The notes below the pieces were generated by a model. That model was not told where the DNA came from, did no database searches, and worked only from the letters and a program-made list of their open reading frames with translations. Both the position numbers and the translations under genes were made by a program. Below, piece by piece: positions 31,186 to 41,551 of a stretch of DNA of 64,000 nucleotides. Each line of letters starts with the position of its first letter. Position 1 is the first letter of the stretch. The DNA is from Flavobacteriales bacterium (lineage in GTDB: Bacteria > Bacteroidota > Bacteroidia > Flavobacteriales_F > PHOS-HE28): contig JADJLR010000008.1 in assembly GCA_016710015.1 (NCBI GenBank), forward strand, positions 279,912 through 343,911. Reading direction: 5' to 3'.

Positions 31186-33699
31186 CTACCCCGAACACAT
31201 CTCGCACCCCTCTGGATCATCCAGCGAGCAGGAGATCTCCGCTTGGGCTTGCGCCTGTTTGCTGAGGGTCTTCATGCGCTCGCCGTTCTGCTTTTCCACG
31301 GCGGTCACAGGCAAGTCATTCTCTTCTACCTCGGTTTCCACTTCCTCTTCTACCAGGGTAGCGGCCGGTGCTTTGGTGGCAACAGGTGGTGTGGCCTTCT
31401 CGGCTTTGGCCGGCGTTGCTTTGGTGGGCTCGCTCAATTTGCTCTTGTCCACCGTGAACTTGATGGCGTCGGTAGCGGCCTTGGTGCGCAGGTAGTACAT
31501 GCCGGTCTTCAGGCCCGCCTTCCAGCTGTAGAAGTGCATGCTGGTGAGCTTGCCGAAGTTGGCGTTCTCCATGAAGATGTTGAGGCTCTGGCTCTGGCAG
31601 ATGTAGGCGCCCCGGTCCGCAGCCATGTCGATGATCACCTTCTGGCTGATCTCCCAAGCGGTCTTGTACAGGTCCTTCAGGTTCTGTGGGATCTCTGGGA
31701 TGTTGGCCACGCTGCCGTTCGCGGCGATGATCTTGTTCTTGAGGTCTTCTCCCCAGAGGCTCAACTTCACGAGGTCGCGCAGCAGGTACTTGTTCACCAC
31801 CACGAATTCGCCGCTCAATACACGGCGGGTGTAGATGTTGCTGGTGTAGGGTTCGAAGCACTCGTTGTTGCCGAGGATCTGCGCGGTGCTGGCCGTGGGC
31901 ATCGGTGCCAGCAGCAGGCTGTTGCGCGCGCCGTGTTTCTTCACTTCCTCGCGCAGCACGTCCCATTCCCAGCGGTCGCTCGGTTTCACGCCCCACATGT
32001 CGAACTGGAACACGCCTTCGCTCACGGGACTGCCTTCGTAGGTTTCGTACGGGCCTTCTTCTTTCGCAAGGTCCTTGCTGGCGGTGAGTGCCGCGTAGTA
32101 GATGGTCTCGAAGATCTCGCGGTTCAGCACTTTCGCCTCTACGCTATCGAACGGATAACGCATCAGGATGAAGGCATCCGCCAAGCCTTGCACGCCGATG
32201 CCGATGGGGCGGTGGCGCATGTTGCTGCGTCGTGCCTCGGGGATCGGGTAGTAGTTCTGATCGATGACGCGGTTGAGGTTGCGCGCCAATTGGTAGGTGA
32301 CCTCGAAGAGTTTGTCGTGATCGAAGCGACCTTTCTCCACGTACTTCGGAAGGGCGAGCGAACCGAGGTTGCACACGGCCACTTCGTCCGGGCTGGTGTA
32401 CTCGATGATCTCGGTGCAGAGGTTGCTGCTCTTAATGGTACCGAGGTTCTGCTGGTTGCTCTTGCCGTTGGCCGCATCCTTGAAGAGGATGTACGGTGTG
32501 CCGGTCTCGATCTGGCTTTCCAGGATCTTGAACCACAGGTCTTGCGCCTTGATCGTTTTGCGGCCCTTGCCTTCGGTCTCGTACTTCTCGTAGAGTGCTT
32601 CGAATTTGGCACCGTGCGTATCGGCGAGGCCTGGGCACTCGTTCGGGCACATCAGGGTCCACTGGCCACCTTGTTCCACACGCTTCATGAAGAGGTCTGG
32701 GATCCACATCGCATAGAACAGGTCGCGGGCGCGCATCTCTTCTTTGCCGTGGTTCTTCTTCAACTCCAGGAAGTCGAACACATCGGCATGCCATGGTTCC
32801 AGGTACATGGCAAAACTGCCTTTGCGCTTTCCGCCGCCTTGGTCCACATAACGGGCCGTGTCGTTGAACACGCGCAGCATGGGCACGATGCCGTTGCTGG
32901 TGCCGTTGGTGCCTTTGATGTAGCTGCCCTTCGCACGCAGATTGTGGATGCTTAGGCCGATTCCACCTGCACTCTGGCTGATCTGCGCGCACTGCTTCAG
33001 CGTATCGTAGATGCCGTTGATGCTGTCGTCCTTCAACTGGAGCAGGAAGCAGCTACTCATCTGCGGCTTGGGCGTACCCGCGTTGAAGAGTGTTGGTGTT
33101 GCATGGGTGTACCAGCCTTCGCTCAGGTCGTTGTAGGTGCGGATCGCAGCTTCGATGTCGTTCTTGTGGATGCCCACAGATACGCGCATCAGCATGTGCT
33201 GCGGACGCTCCACCACCTTGCCGTGCAGGCGCAAGAGGTAGCTGCGCTCCAAGGTCTTGAAGCCGAAGAAGTCGTAGTTGAAGTCGCGGTCGTAGATGAT
33301 GGCGCTGTCCAACACCTCGGCGTTGTCCGTGATGATCTTGTGGACATCCTCCGCAATGAGCGATGCCGGTGCACCGGTCTTCGGGTCGGTGTATTCGTAG
33401 AGGTCCTTCATGCATTCACTAAAGGACTTCTTGGTGCTCTTGTGCAAGTTGCTCACCGCGATACGGCTGGCGAGTTGCGCGTAGTCCGGATGCTTCACCG
33501 TCATGGTGGCGGCTACTTCAGCGGTAAGGTTGTCCAAGATCGGTGGTGGTCACCCCATCGAAGATGCCGTCGATCACCTTCAGGGTGACCTAGGTGGCAT
33601 CCACCAGGGGTCCAACTCGTAGCACAGCTTCTTCACCCGTGCGGTGATCTTATCGAATTTCACGGCCTCCCGGCGTCCGTCGCGCTTGATCACATACAT
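31186..33699 (-). pseudogene. nrdA: ribonucleoside-diphosphate reductase alpha subunit (class I, eukaryote-like), 5' region disrupted by two compensating 1-nt indels plus an in-frame amber codon
   Basis: Body (TTG at 33537 onward) aligns along its length with eukaryote-like RNR large subunits ([14 protein letters not shown]..., C-terminal CxxC). The ATP-cone N-terminus [31 protein letters not shown] sits upstream in another frame. A C is missing in a CCCC run within a CCTGG site (33607-33610). The CAG to TAG amber at 33590-33592 lies inside CCAGG. An extra T is present at GATCTTGG (~33533-33541). Confidence 0.85.
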
Positions 33700-33992
33700 G
33701 CTTTTCTGTTAGGTATTGGTCCTTCGCCCAGGCTCCCGCTCAGATGAAGGGTGGTGGATGTTCGATGACTCGGGATAGGAGGAGTTACATGTTGCGTATT
33801 CCTTTGGCTCCTGTCCGTCTCGCGGTTCTAAAATTCTTCTTCCCTTGTGCTCTCCCCGAAGTCGGGTTTGGCTTGTTCTTCAACTGTTCATTGTGCATTC
33901 GCCACTGTTGGGGGGTTGAAGGTTGAATTGAACGCAGGTTGGGTGTTGGGTCCAACCCTCAACCGATATCAACCTACAACTCTCAACTTTCC

Positions 33993-35026
33993 TTAAAAAT
34001 CAGCGTCCAGTGTGAATTTGGCGTCGTTCTTATCGCCCTTGTTCAGCACACCGGCCTTCTGGTATTCGCCCACGCGCTTCTCGAAGAAATTGGTCTTGCC
34101 CTGTAGGCTGATCATCTCCATGAAATCGAACGGGTTGGTGGCGTTGTACACCTTCTCGTTGCCCAATTCCATCAACAATCGATCGGCCACGAACTCGATG
34201 TACTGCTGCATCAACTTGGCGTTCATGCCGATCAGGTTCACCGGCAACGCATCGGTCACGAATTCCTTCTCGATCTCCACGGCATCTCGGATGATCTTCT
34301 CAACGGTCTTCTTGTTCAGCTTGTTCACCATGTGCTTGTTGTAGAGCAAGCAGGCGAAGTCGCAGTGCAGGCCCTCGTCGCGACTGATCAGCTCGTTGCT
34401 GAAGGTGAGGCCGGGCATCAGACCGCGCTTCTTCAGCCAGAAGATGCTGCAGAAGCTACCGCTGAAGAAGATGCCTTCCACGGCGGCAAAGGCGACAAGG
34501 CGCTCCGCGAAGCTGCCCTTGCTGATCCAGCGCAGTGCCCATTCGGCCTTCTTCTTCACGCAATCCACGGTCTCGATGGCGTGCAACAAGTGATCCTTCT
34601 CCAGGGATCCCTGATGTAGGTGTCGATGAGGAAGCTGTACGTCTCGCTGTGGATGTTCTCCATGGCGATCTGGAAGCCGTAGAAGAATCGTGCTTCCGGA
34701 TACTGCACCTCGTGGACGAAGTTCTCGGCGAGGTTCTCGTTCACGATGCCATCGCTCGCAGCGAAGAAGGCAAGGATGTGCTTGATGAAGTAGCGCTCGT
34801 CATCGTTGAGCTTGTCGTTCCAGTCCACCAGATCGGCGTGGAGGTCGATCTCCTCGGCGGTCCAGAATGCGGCCTCGTGTTGTTTGTAGTACTGCCAGAT
34901 GTCGTTGTGCTGGATCGGGAAGATCACGAATCGATCCTTGTTCTCCTTGAGCAAGGGTTCGTTCGCGTTCTGGTCGGTGATCAGTGCATCCATGCTCATT
35001 TGGGGATCGGTATTCTTGGTACTCAT
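33993..35026 (-). pseudogene. nrdB: ribonucleoside-diphosphate reductase beta subunit (R2), split by a 1-nt deletion at GGATCCCTGG (~34604-34606)
   Basis: N-half (...RFVIFPIQ...FWTAEE...) and C-half ([22 protein letters not shown]...[16 protein letters not shown]...) match R2 proteins throughout but lie in two overlapping ORFs (34556..35077 and 33993..34589). Adding one C restores RDPLEKDHLL. Confidence 0.85.
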
Positions 35027-35513
35027 GCTTACTGAATTCTTTCGGAGACGACTTCTTGGCTGGGAAGCCGCCCCCAATTACTGACTTCTCGAACTTGGTG
35101 CTGGTTCCGTCGACTTCGATCCTTGCGGTGCGAGAGAGCGTCGCCGTCGGGTTACAAAAGTGGACCGAGTGAAAGGCTCTGACAAGGATCGAAGGGGTGA
35201 ACTTCCCGGAGGTTTTCAACACGGCCAAGATCCTCTAGAACGACGCGGCAAGGCGTTGGAACGATCCGCTCCAAGAGAATTCTTTTCACGATCCATCAAC
35301 AACGTCTTAACCGCACGGCAGTAGGGCGAAAACGCAACAGAACCGAGCGGCAACGAGCGGTCAGTGTGCCCTCGCGGAAGACCGCTGAACACATCGGTAA
35401 CGATCGCGGGGGATGCCGTCGTACCTCTCCTCGCATATATCGCAACGCGGGCGCATGGACCGGACTTCACCTCTGCCGAACAGCGGGGTGAACAGCACCC
35501 AAGTCGAGCGTAT

Positions 35514-36106
35514 CTACTTGATTTTGGTTGAACGCTCCTCCACCCAAGCGGTATGGATGTTATCCAATTCATCGAACCATTCCTGGCCGTATGCACGCAC
35601 GAGAGCATCCTTCAGAAAGCGATACACCGGCACATCCAACTTCGCACCACATGCGCAGGCGGGTTTGCAGATCGGCCACTTGTGGTAGTTCAGGCCATCG
35701 TGATCGGCCAGCTTCACCACGCGGATCGGGTATGTGGCAACTGAGCGGCTTGCGGAAGGGGATCGCACCATCCTTCCAGGCCTTCTCCACGCCGCATAGG
35801 GCAATGCCCTTCTCATCGAACACGGTGAACGCGCACTCGCCCCTTCCTTCCACCAAGGTGGTCACCAGGTCGCCGTCGTCATCTACTTCACTGACACCAT
35901 CCTTCTCAATGGCACACTGGCCCTTCTCCGGGATGTAAGGCTTGATCTTCGGCCAAAGCTCCTGAAGCAGATCCGCTTCCTCCTGCGTTAAGGGTGCGCC
36001 GCTTTCCCCCTGCCACGCAGCATGCGCCTTTGCATGCACTGAGGTCGCAGACGAAACGTTTGTCGAAGATGTCTTCGCTGATGAGGGTATTGCGGTGTTC
36101 GATCAC
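35514..36106 (-). pseudogene. DUF3109 family protein, split into three frames by two 1-nt insertions
   Basis: Pieces MIEHRNTLISEDIFDKRFVCDLSACKGACCV | ESGAPLTQEEADLLQELWPKIKPY...KPLSCH | [44 protein letters not shown]... together reconstruct a typical DUF3109 protein. Lesions are at a G5/C5 homopolymer (35995-35999) and at CCCGATCC (35728-35730). Confidence 0.7.
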
Positions 36107-36125
36107 GGTAGCAAAGGGAATGACA

Positions 36126-36755
36126 CTAGAGTAGAAAGCTGTTGACGATGCGTGAAATGGAGCGCTTCACTTCCGACCAAGAAAGGCCCTTCAGGCAAAC
36201 CGGTGTCTCACTTTCCTCGGCATCGGCGAAGTAAACAAGTGTCCGCGGAATACTGATCATGATGGTGTTCCTTGGGTACTTGTGCTTATGATGGTTCAGC
36301 AACCACTCCAGCCCGTGTGTGCGAAGTAAAATGTCGATGTCCCAAAAGTCCTTCTTCACGGCACGGTGACGTATGGCCTCGACCTTCATCGGGCCAATGT
36401 CTTCATCTGCATAGATCCGGATCCCGTCCTCCAAAACGATATCTGCAACGCGAGCATGCGGAAACCGGACCAGATCGACCTTCACATCACCAATGAAAGC
36501 GAATATGGCCCATTTCGCTTGTTGATCATGAACCATGGTGAATGCCTCGCCGAATTCCATGGTCAACGCCTCGCGAAGCAGTTCCTGATCCAACTCACCT
36601 TCAGTGAAAAGGTCGAGATCAACAGAACGCCGATGCCCATAGCGCAATGCCAAGGCCGTGCCACCTACCAACGAGAAGTCCTTCAGGGCATCCAAGCCCA
36701 TCAGGCGCTTCAGTATGGCAAGCGTTCCGGGTTCAACTGTCTCGTAGTGTAACAT
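36126..36755 (-). CDS. nucleotidyltransferase AbiEii/AbiGii toxin family protein (DUF1814)
   Basis: N-terminal DFSLVGGTALALRYGHRRSVDLDLF motif characteristic of AbiEii-type NTases. Confidence 0.7.
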   Translation of the reverse strand: MLHYETVEPGTLAILKRLMGLDALKDFSLVGGTALALRYGHRRSVDLDLFTEGELDQELLREALTMEFGEAFTMVHDQQAKWAIFAFIGDVKVDLVRFPHARVADIVLEDGIRIYADEDIGPMKVEAIRHRAVKKDFWDIDILLRTHGLEWLLNHHKHKYPRNTIMISIPRTLVYFADAEESETPVCLKGLSWSEVKRSISRIVNSFLL

Positions 36756-37006
36756 CTGAACGCTTCTAAGGGTTGCTCGAAGATCGCGCTAACGAAATGC
36801 CAGGTCCCAAGTGAAAGGAACTTCGCTTTGAGCAACGCCTCGACCACCTTCTCATCCCCATAATACCGCCTGCACTGCCTGATGTCCTCCACATCGCCGC
36901 GCTCGAACACCCGCTCGATCACGAAACTCGCCTTGGCATTGTAGTCCAGTTTATCAAAATCCACATCCCAAAAGATGCGGCGCTGCAATACCGGTGCGGG
37001 TTTCAT
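36710..37006 (-). CDS. small protein encoded immediately upstream of, and overlapping, the AbiEii-like gene (putative cognate antitoxin/partner)
   Basis: About 100 aa, IFWDVDFDKLDY...FVIERVFERGDVEDIRQ. Tight overlap suggests translational coupling. Family assignment uncertain. Confidence 0.45.
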   Translation of the reverse strand: MKPAPVLQRRIFWDVDFDKLDYNAKASFVIERVFERGDVEDIRQCRRYYGDEKVVEALLKAKFLSLGTWHFVSAIFEQPLEAFRCYTTRQLNPERLPY

Positions 37007-37156
37007 TGCGGTAAAGGTAGCGAGAGAGATCACCTCGGACCATCCGCGTTCACCCTATCGATCCGCGTCATTCCGCGAAGGCGGAACAGGTCCTGCGTTC
37101 ACTTCCCATCTTTGCGCCCGCGTCGCCAAAGCTTTCCAAGGCGCTCGCACACCATC

Positions 37157-38698
37157 ATGAGCAACCAAGAAGACCTTCTGAAGACCCTTATCGGCCATGC
37201 CAAAGAGTATGGATTCGTGTTCCAAAGCAGCGAGATCTACGATGGCCTGAGCGCCACCTACGACTACGGACCGTATGGTGTCGAGCTGAAGAACAACATC
37301 CGCCGCTACTGGTGGGAGGCGATGACGAAGCTGAACGAGAACATCGTCGGCATCGACTCGGCGATCTTCATGCACCCTACTGTTTGGAAGGCCAGCGGAC
37401 ACGTGGATGCCTTCAATGATCCGTTGATCGACAACAAGGACAGCAAGAAGCGGTACCGTGCCGATGTGTTGCTGGAAGATCACATGGCGAAGTATGCCGA
37501 CAAGATCACCAAGGAGATCGAGAAGGCGAAGAAGAAATTCGGCGATGACTTCGATGAGACCCAGTTCCGCGCTACGAACCCCAACGTGAAGCGCAGCCAA
37601 GACCGGATCGATGCAGTGGAAGGGCGAATGAAAGCCGTCCTCGAAGCGAACGACTTGGAAGGTGTTCGCCAACTGATCGTCGATGAGGAGATCAAGTGTC
37701 CAGTAAGTGGTACCGCCAATTGGACGGAGGTGCGCCAATTCAATTTGATGTTCGCCACCGAACTCGGAAGTGTAAGCGGCGAGAGCAGCACGATCTACTT
37801 ACGCCCTGAGACCGCACAAGGGATCTTCGTGAACTTCCTGAACGTGCAAAAGAGCGCACGCATGAAGCTGCCTTTTGGTATCGCACAAACTGGCAAGGCC
37901 TTCCGGAACGAGATCGTTGCGCGCCAATTCATCTTCCGTATGCGGGAGTTCGAGCAGATGGAGATGCAATTCTTCATTAAACCCGGTACCGAACTGGAGT
38001 GGTACAACACGTGGAAGGAGAAGCGCATGGCATGGCACCGTGCGTTGGGTCTGCCTCTGGAGAACTACCGCTTCCACGACCACATCAAACTAGCGCACTA
38101 CGCCAACGCCGCCTGCGACATCGAGTTCAAGTTCCCCATGGGCTTCAAGGAACTGGAGGGGATCCACAGCCGCACCGATTTCGACCTGAAGCAACACGAG
38201 GAATTCAGCGGCAAAAAGCTGCGCTACTTCGACACCGAGACCAACGAAAGCTACGTGCCCTACGTGGTGGAAACCTCCATCGGACTGGACCGCATGTTCC
38301 TCGCGGTACTTAGCGGAGCTTATGAAGAAGAGAAACTGGAGAATGGTGAAGAGCGGGTGGTGTTACGGATTCCCGCGCCATTGGCCCCGGTGAAGATCGC
38401 CGTGCTGCCGTTGATCAAGAAAGACGGCCTGCCTGAAAAAGCACGCGCCATCATCGACACGCTGAAGCTTTCCCACAACTGCCAGTACGATGACAAGGAC
38501 AGCATCGGCAAGCGCTATCGCAGGCAGGACGCCATCGGCACACCCTATTGCATCACCGTGGACCACGATTCCCTCACCGACGACAAGGTGACCATCCGCG
38601 ACCGCGACACCATGCAGCAGGAGCGCGTGGCGATCAGCGAGCTGGGCAGCATCGTGAGCGGGAAGGTGGATATGCGCGGGCTGTTGCGGAAGTTGTAG
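37157..38698 (+). CDS. glyQS: glycine--tRNA ligase (class II, alpha2 dimeric type)
   Basis: Full-length similarity to alpha2-type glycyl-tRNA synthetases (N-terminal MSNQEDLLKTLIGHAKEYGFVFQSSEIYDG, class II motifs, C-terminal anticodon-binding domain). In-frame ATG at 37157. Confidence 0.9.
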   Translation: MSNQEDLLKTLIGHAKEYGFVFQSSEIYDGLSATYDYGPYGVELKNNIRRYWWEAMTKLNENIVGIDSAIFMHPTVWKASGHVDAFNDPLIDNKDSKKRYRADVLLEDHMAKYADKITKEIEKAKKKFGDDFDETQFRATNPNVKRSQDRIDAVEGRMKAVLEANDLEGVRQLIVDEEIKCPVSGTANWTEVRQFNLMFATELGSVSGESSTIYLRPETAQGIFVNFLNVQKSARMKLPFGIAQTGKAFRNEIVARQFIFRMREFEQMEMQFFIKPGTELEWYNTWKEKRMAWHRALGLPLENYRFHDHIKLAHYANAACDIEFKFPMGFKELEGIHSRTDFDLKQHEEFSGKKLRYFDTETNESYVPYVVETSIGLDRMFLAVLSGAYEEEKLENGEERVVLRIPAPLAPVKIAVLPLIKKDGLPEKARAIIDTLKLSHNCQYDDKDSIGKRYRRQDAIGTPYCITVDHDSLTDDKVTIRDRDTMQQERVAISELGSIVSGKVDMRGLLRKL

Positions 38699-38726
38699 GA
38701 CGGCAGCTTCGTATCTTCGCCATACC

Positions 38727-38966
38727 ATGGCCAAGAAGAAAAGCAGCTCTGCGGAAGCAGTGAAGGCACGTGCGCGGCGGGCTGCGCCGAAGAAGGCGGC
38801 CCCGAAAAAAGGGGCTGGCACCGCCAGTACTCGTAAGAAGAAGGGGTCACAACTTCAGCCTCCGAAGAAGCTTTTCGATGCCATGAAGTGGTGCGGCGTC
38901 CTTCCGGAACTTGCAGGGGATTCGTTGAAGATCCAACGGAAGTTACGCGACGAGTGGGCGAATTGA
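38727..38966 (+). CDS. small basic protein: histone-H1-like Lys/Ala-rich N-terminus fused to an antitoxin-like C-terminal segment (putative VapB-type partner of the downstream PIN protein)
   Basis: MAKKKSSSAEAVKARARRAAPKKAAPKKGAGTASTRKKKG low-complexity tail. C-terminal ...GDSLKIQRKLRDEWAN. Ends 5 nt before the PIN gene. Confidence 0.4.
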   Translation: MAKKKSSSAEAVKARARRAAPKKAAPKKGAGTASTRKKKGSQLQPPKKLFDAMKWCGVLPELAGDSLKIQRKLRDEWAN

Positions 38967-38970
38967 CCTT

Positions 38971-39336
38971 ATGGGCATGCGCGTAGTCGTTGACACAAGC
39001 CTGCTGATCGATCTGGCCGCAGGGGACTCGAGCGCAGCGGTCGCATTGAACGGACTTGAGATCTCTGTGTCGATCATCACCTGTATCGAATTCCTTTCTT
39101 GGCCGAAGCTGACCGAGGCTGGGCTCCCTATTGCTGAAGCACTATTGGACCAGTACAACACAGAAGGCATTGGCCGGGCCATCCGCGATCAGGCTGCATT
39201 CATCAAACGCTCATTCGGCTTGAAACTCCCCGATGCCGTCATTGCCGCCACAGCGTTGCATCTGAAGGCTCCATTGATCACCCGTGACAAGGGCTTCCAA
39301 AAGGTCGTCGAGTTGATCGAGGTACGGATGGTTTGA
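38971..39336 (+). CDS. PIN domain protein (VapC-family toxin)
   Basis: PIN acidic residues: VVDTS (D), IEF, LPDAVIAATAL (D), ITRDKGF (D). About 120 aa. Confidence 0.75.
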   Translation: MGMRVVVDTSLLIDLAAGDSSAAVALNGLEISVSIITCIEFLSWPKLTEAGLPIAEALLDQYNTEGIGRAIRDQAAFIKRSFGLKLPDAVIAATALHLKAPLITRDKGFQKVVELIEVRMV

Positions 39337-39531
39337 ACGATGACGGGGGCTGTTGGGGGGATTGTAAAGAAGCTCGTTTCTCGGTTCAGTTGAACACCCT
39401 CGCACATTCAAGGTATTGTTCAGAGTTGTGGCGTGGTCAACGGGGATTTTCCATTCGCATACTGAGAAAAGTGTAATTGCATGAGGATAGGTTCACCATG
39501 TCCGCATATCTTTCATCCAGGAACCCATCAC

Positions 39532-41307
39532 ATGACCCGAACACTGGCTACTTTGCTCATCACGCTTTGCGCCCTACCCATGAATTCCTGGGGTCAGAAT
39601 GCAGTGACCGAATTCAACAATGGATATGTGCGTGCTAGGATCATGGCCGGTGGTCGGATCGGATCCCACCCTTCGAGTGGCGTTTCGGGCTATTTCGTCC
39701 CTGCTGATATCCTAAACGGGGCCAGCCCTTTATACACCACCGGACTTTGGCTGGGTGGAACCACCTTGGGCGGGGAGCAGCGATGTTCAGCGCACCTCTA
39801 CGGTGGTGATGAAGACTTTTCAACCGGGCCGCTGACAGCCGACGGGAGTGCATCCCTTACTACCGAGACCGCGCTCGCGTATGATCGCTTCTGGGCTGTA
39901 ACAAGGGATCAGATCGAACTCCACCAACTCTGGACGGATTGCCAACAAGATCCAGAATGCGACGTAGAGAGCACATTCCCGAACGGCTATACCATCCCAC
40001 CGCAGATCACCAATTGGCCCGCTATTGGGGACCTCACCCAAAACCAACCCTACTATCTGGCCCCGTTCATCGATCTGAACAACGATGGAAATTATGACCC
40101 GTTCGATGGTGACTATCCATGTGTTCCGGGTGATCAGGCCATCTATCACATCTTCAATGATCACCGCCAAGAACAAACAGACGGGACACCAATGGGGATC
40201 GAGGTACACATGACCGTGTTCGGTTATTGGCCAACGTCTCTTGGCCCTTCACCTCAAACCCTTTTCGTCCGTTACGTACTGTTCAATAGAAGCACCGAAA
40301 CATACTCGAACTTCCGCATCGGCGTTTTCGCTGATCTTGATATCGGATGTTAGTCCGAGGACAGGATCGGGACAGATGTAGGTCGCAATATGGTGTATGC
40401 ATACAACGCAACGAACAACGATGTGAGTTGTTCAACCTTGGGCTATGGTACCCAGCCACCTGCTTTTGGTGTCCAGATATTGAAAGGCCCCCTGTTCTAC
40501 CCGGACGGTCTGGATAATATAGATACTCCGCTCATCCCAGCATTCAATGGAACTGGATTCAATGATGGGGTCATCGACAATGAGCGTTTTGGATTGAACG
40601 CAAGCATGTATTACGACGGTACCGCTACACCAGGCATTTCAGACCCGACCAACGAGACGGAATTCCTTCGCTACCTAAGAGGCATATGGGCGAACTCGGC
40701 GCCACTGAGTTATGGCGGTACGGGTTTTGGCGGCTTTACAAATACTGCCTTTGCTTTCCCAGGAGATTCGGACCCGAACGGAGTTGGCGCCGCTGGAGTC
40801 CCTCAATCGGCATGGTCGGACGCAACCTCCGGCGACCGTAAAGGCATAGCGATCATGGGTCCCCTGACCTTGGACCCGGGTGGCAGCCAAGAGATCCTCC
40901 TTGCGTACAACTTCGCGCGTGCAACCAGCGGCGGCCCTGCGGGGAGCGTGGCCGAACTAAAGTCCCTCGCCGATCAAGTACGGACCTTCGCAGAGAACAC
41001 TCCTGGATTGATCTTGCCAGGCACTCCATGTTCAAGCATCAGCACAAATGTGTCCGCACATCAAGTGACCTCCGATCAATTGCTTCTATACCCGAATCCC
41101 ACCACTGATCGAATTGTTATCCTGATTCCGAAGGGCTTAGAGTTCGCGGACATGGTGATCGAGGATATGCGGGGTTCCGTAGTGCTCCAGTCCCGAACCA
41201 CCGGCGGCTCAACCACGCTGGATCTCGAAGGATTGGATCCTGGGCTTTACACCATGCGGATCACCGGAAAAGGAAAGACCGCTTCTGGGCGTTTCGTGAA
41301 GCAGTGA
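39532..41307 (+). pseudogene. large secreted cell-surface protein with T9SS C-terminal sorting domain, interrupted by an in-frame TAG at 40351-40353
   Basis: ORFs 39481..40353 and 40390..41307 are in the same frame, separated only by the TAG. Signal peptide at the N-terminus. CTD (LLLYPNPTTDRIVILIP...LYTMRITGKGKTASGRFVKQ) at the C-terminus. Confidence 0.6.
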
Positions 41308-41365
41308 TCGGATGAAACCCTACTTTCTGGTGCCGTTCAATACCCCTAACCCATTATCTTCGCCG

Positions 41366-41391
41366 CCCCAAACCTACTCAGGTGGCGGAAT
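41366..41391 (+). other. tRNA-Leu 5' fragment (acceptor 5' strand + D-arm, 24/25 identical to the intact gene); no T-arm follows
   Basis: ACTCAGGTGGCGGAATTGGTAGAC versus ACCCAGGTGGCGGAATTGGTAGAC of the intact tRNA at 41468. Confidence 0.4.
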
Positions 41392-41467
41392 TGGTAGACC
41401 TACCTGCGGCAGGCAGGCGCGCCTCCTCCACTGAGGTAGCGTTCTTTGTTTAATAGTCATTTCACCT

Positions 41468-41549
41468 ACCCAGGTGGCGGAATTGGTAGACGCGCTGGTC
41501 TCAAACACCAGTGATGCAAATCGTGCGGGTTCGAGTCCCGCCCTGGGTA
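41468..41549 (+). tRNA. tRNA-Leu (anticodon CAA)
   Basis: Manual fold: 7-bp acceptor stem (ACCCAGG/CCTGGGT), D-arm GCGG-AATTGGTAGA-CGC, anticodon stem CTGGT/ACCAG with loop CTCAAAC, long class-II variable arm, T-arm GCGGG-TTCGAGT-CCCGC, discriminator A. 82 nt, no encoded CCA. Confidence 0.85.
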
Positions 41550-41551
41550 CA

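Noticed and set aside
31186-33699. Programmed ribosomal frameshifting in nrdA
   Set aside because: The gene would need two opposite shifts plus stop read-through within 100 nt, with no slippery heptamers. Orthologous RNR genes are single ORFs.
33590-40353. Possibility that in-frame TAG codons reflect genetic-code reassignment (amber as a sense codon)
   Set aside because: TAG is the natural terminator of rnpA (12924-12926) and nrdA (31186-31188) at positions matching orthologous C-termini. The nrdA amber also sits exactly at a CCAGG to CTAGG deamination hotspot, so mutation or error is the simpler explanation.
41366-41391. A second tRNA gene upstream of tRNA-Leu
   Set aside because: Only the acceptor-5' strand and D-arm are present. 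The downstream sequence lacks a GTTCGA T-loop and cannot pair into an acceptor stem, so it is a fragment.
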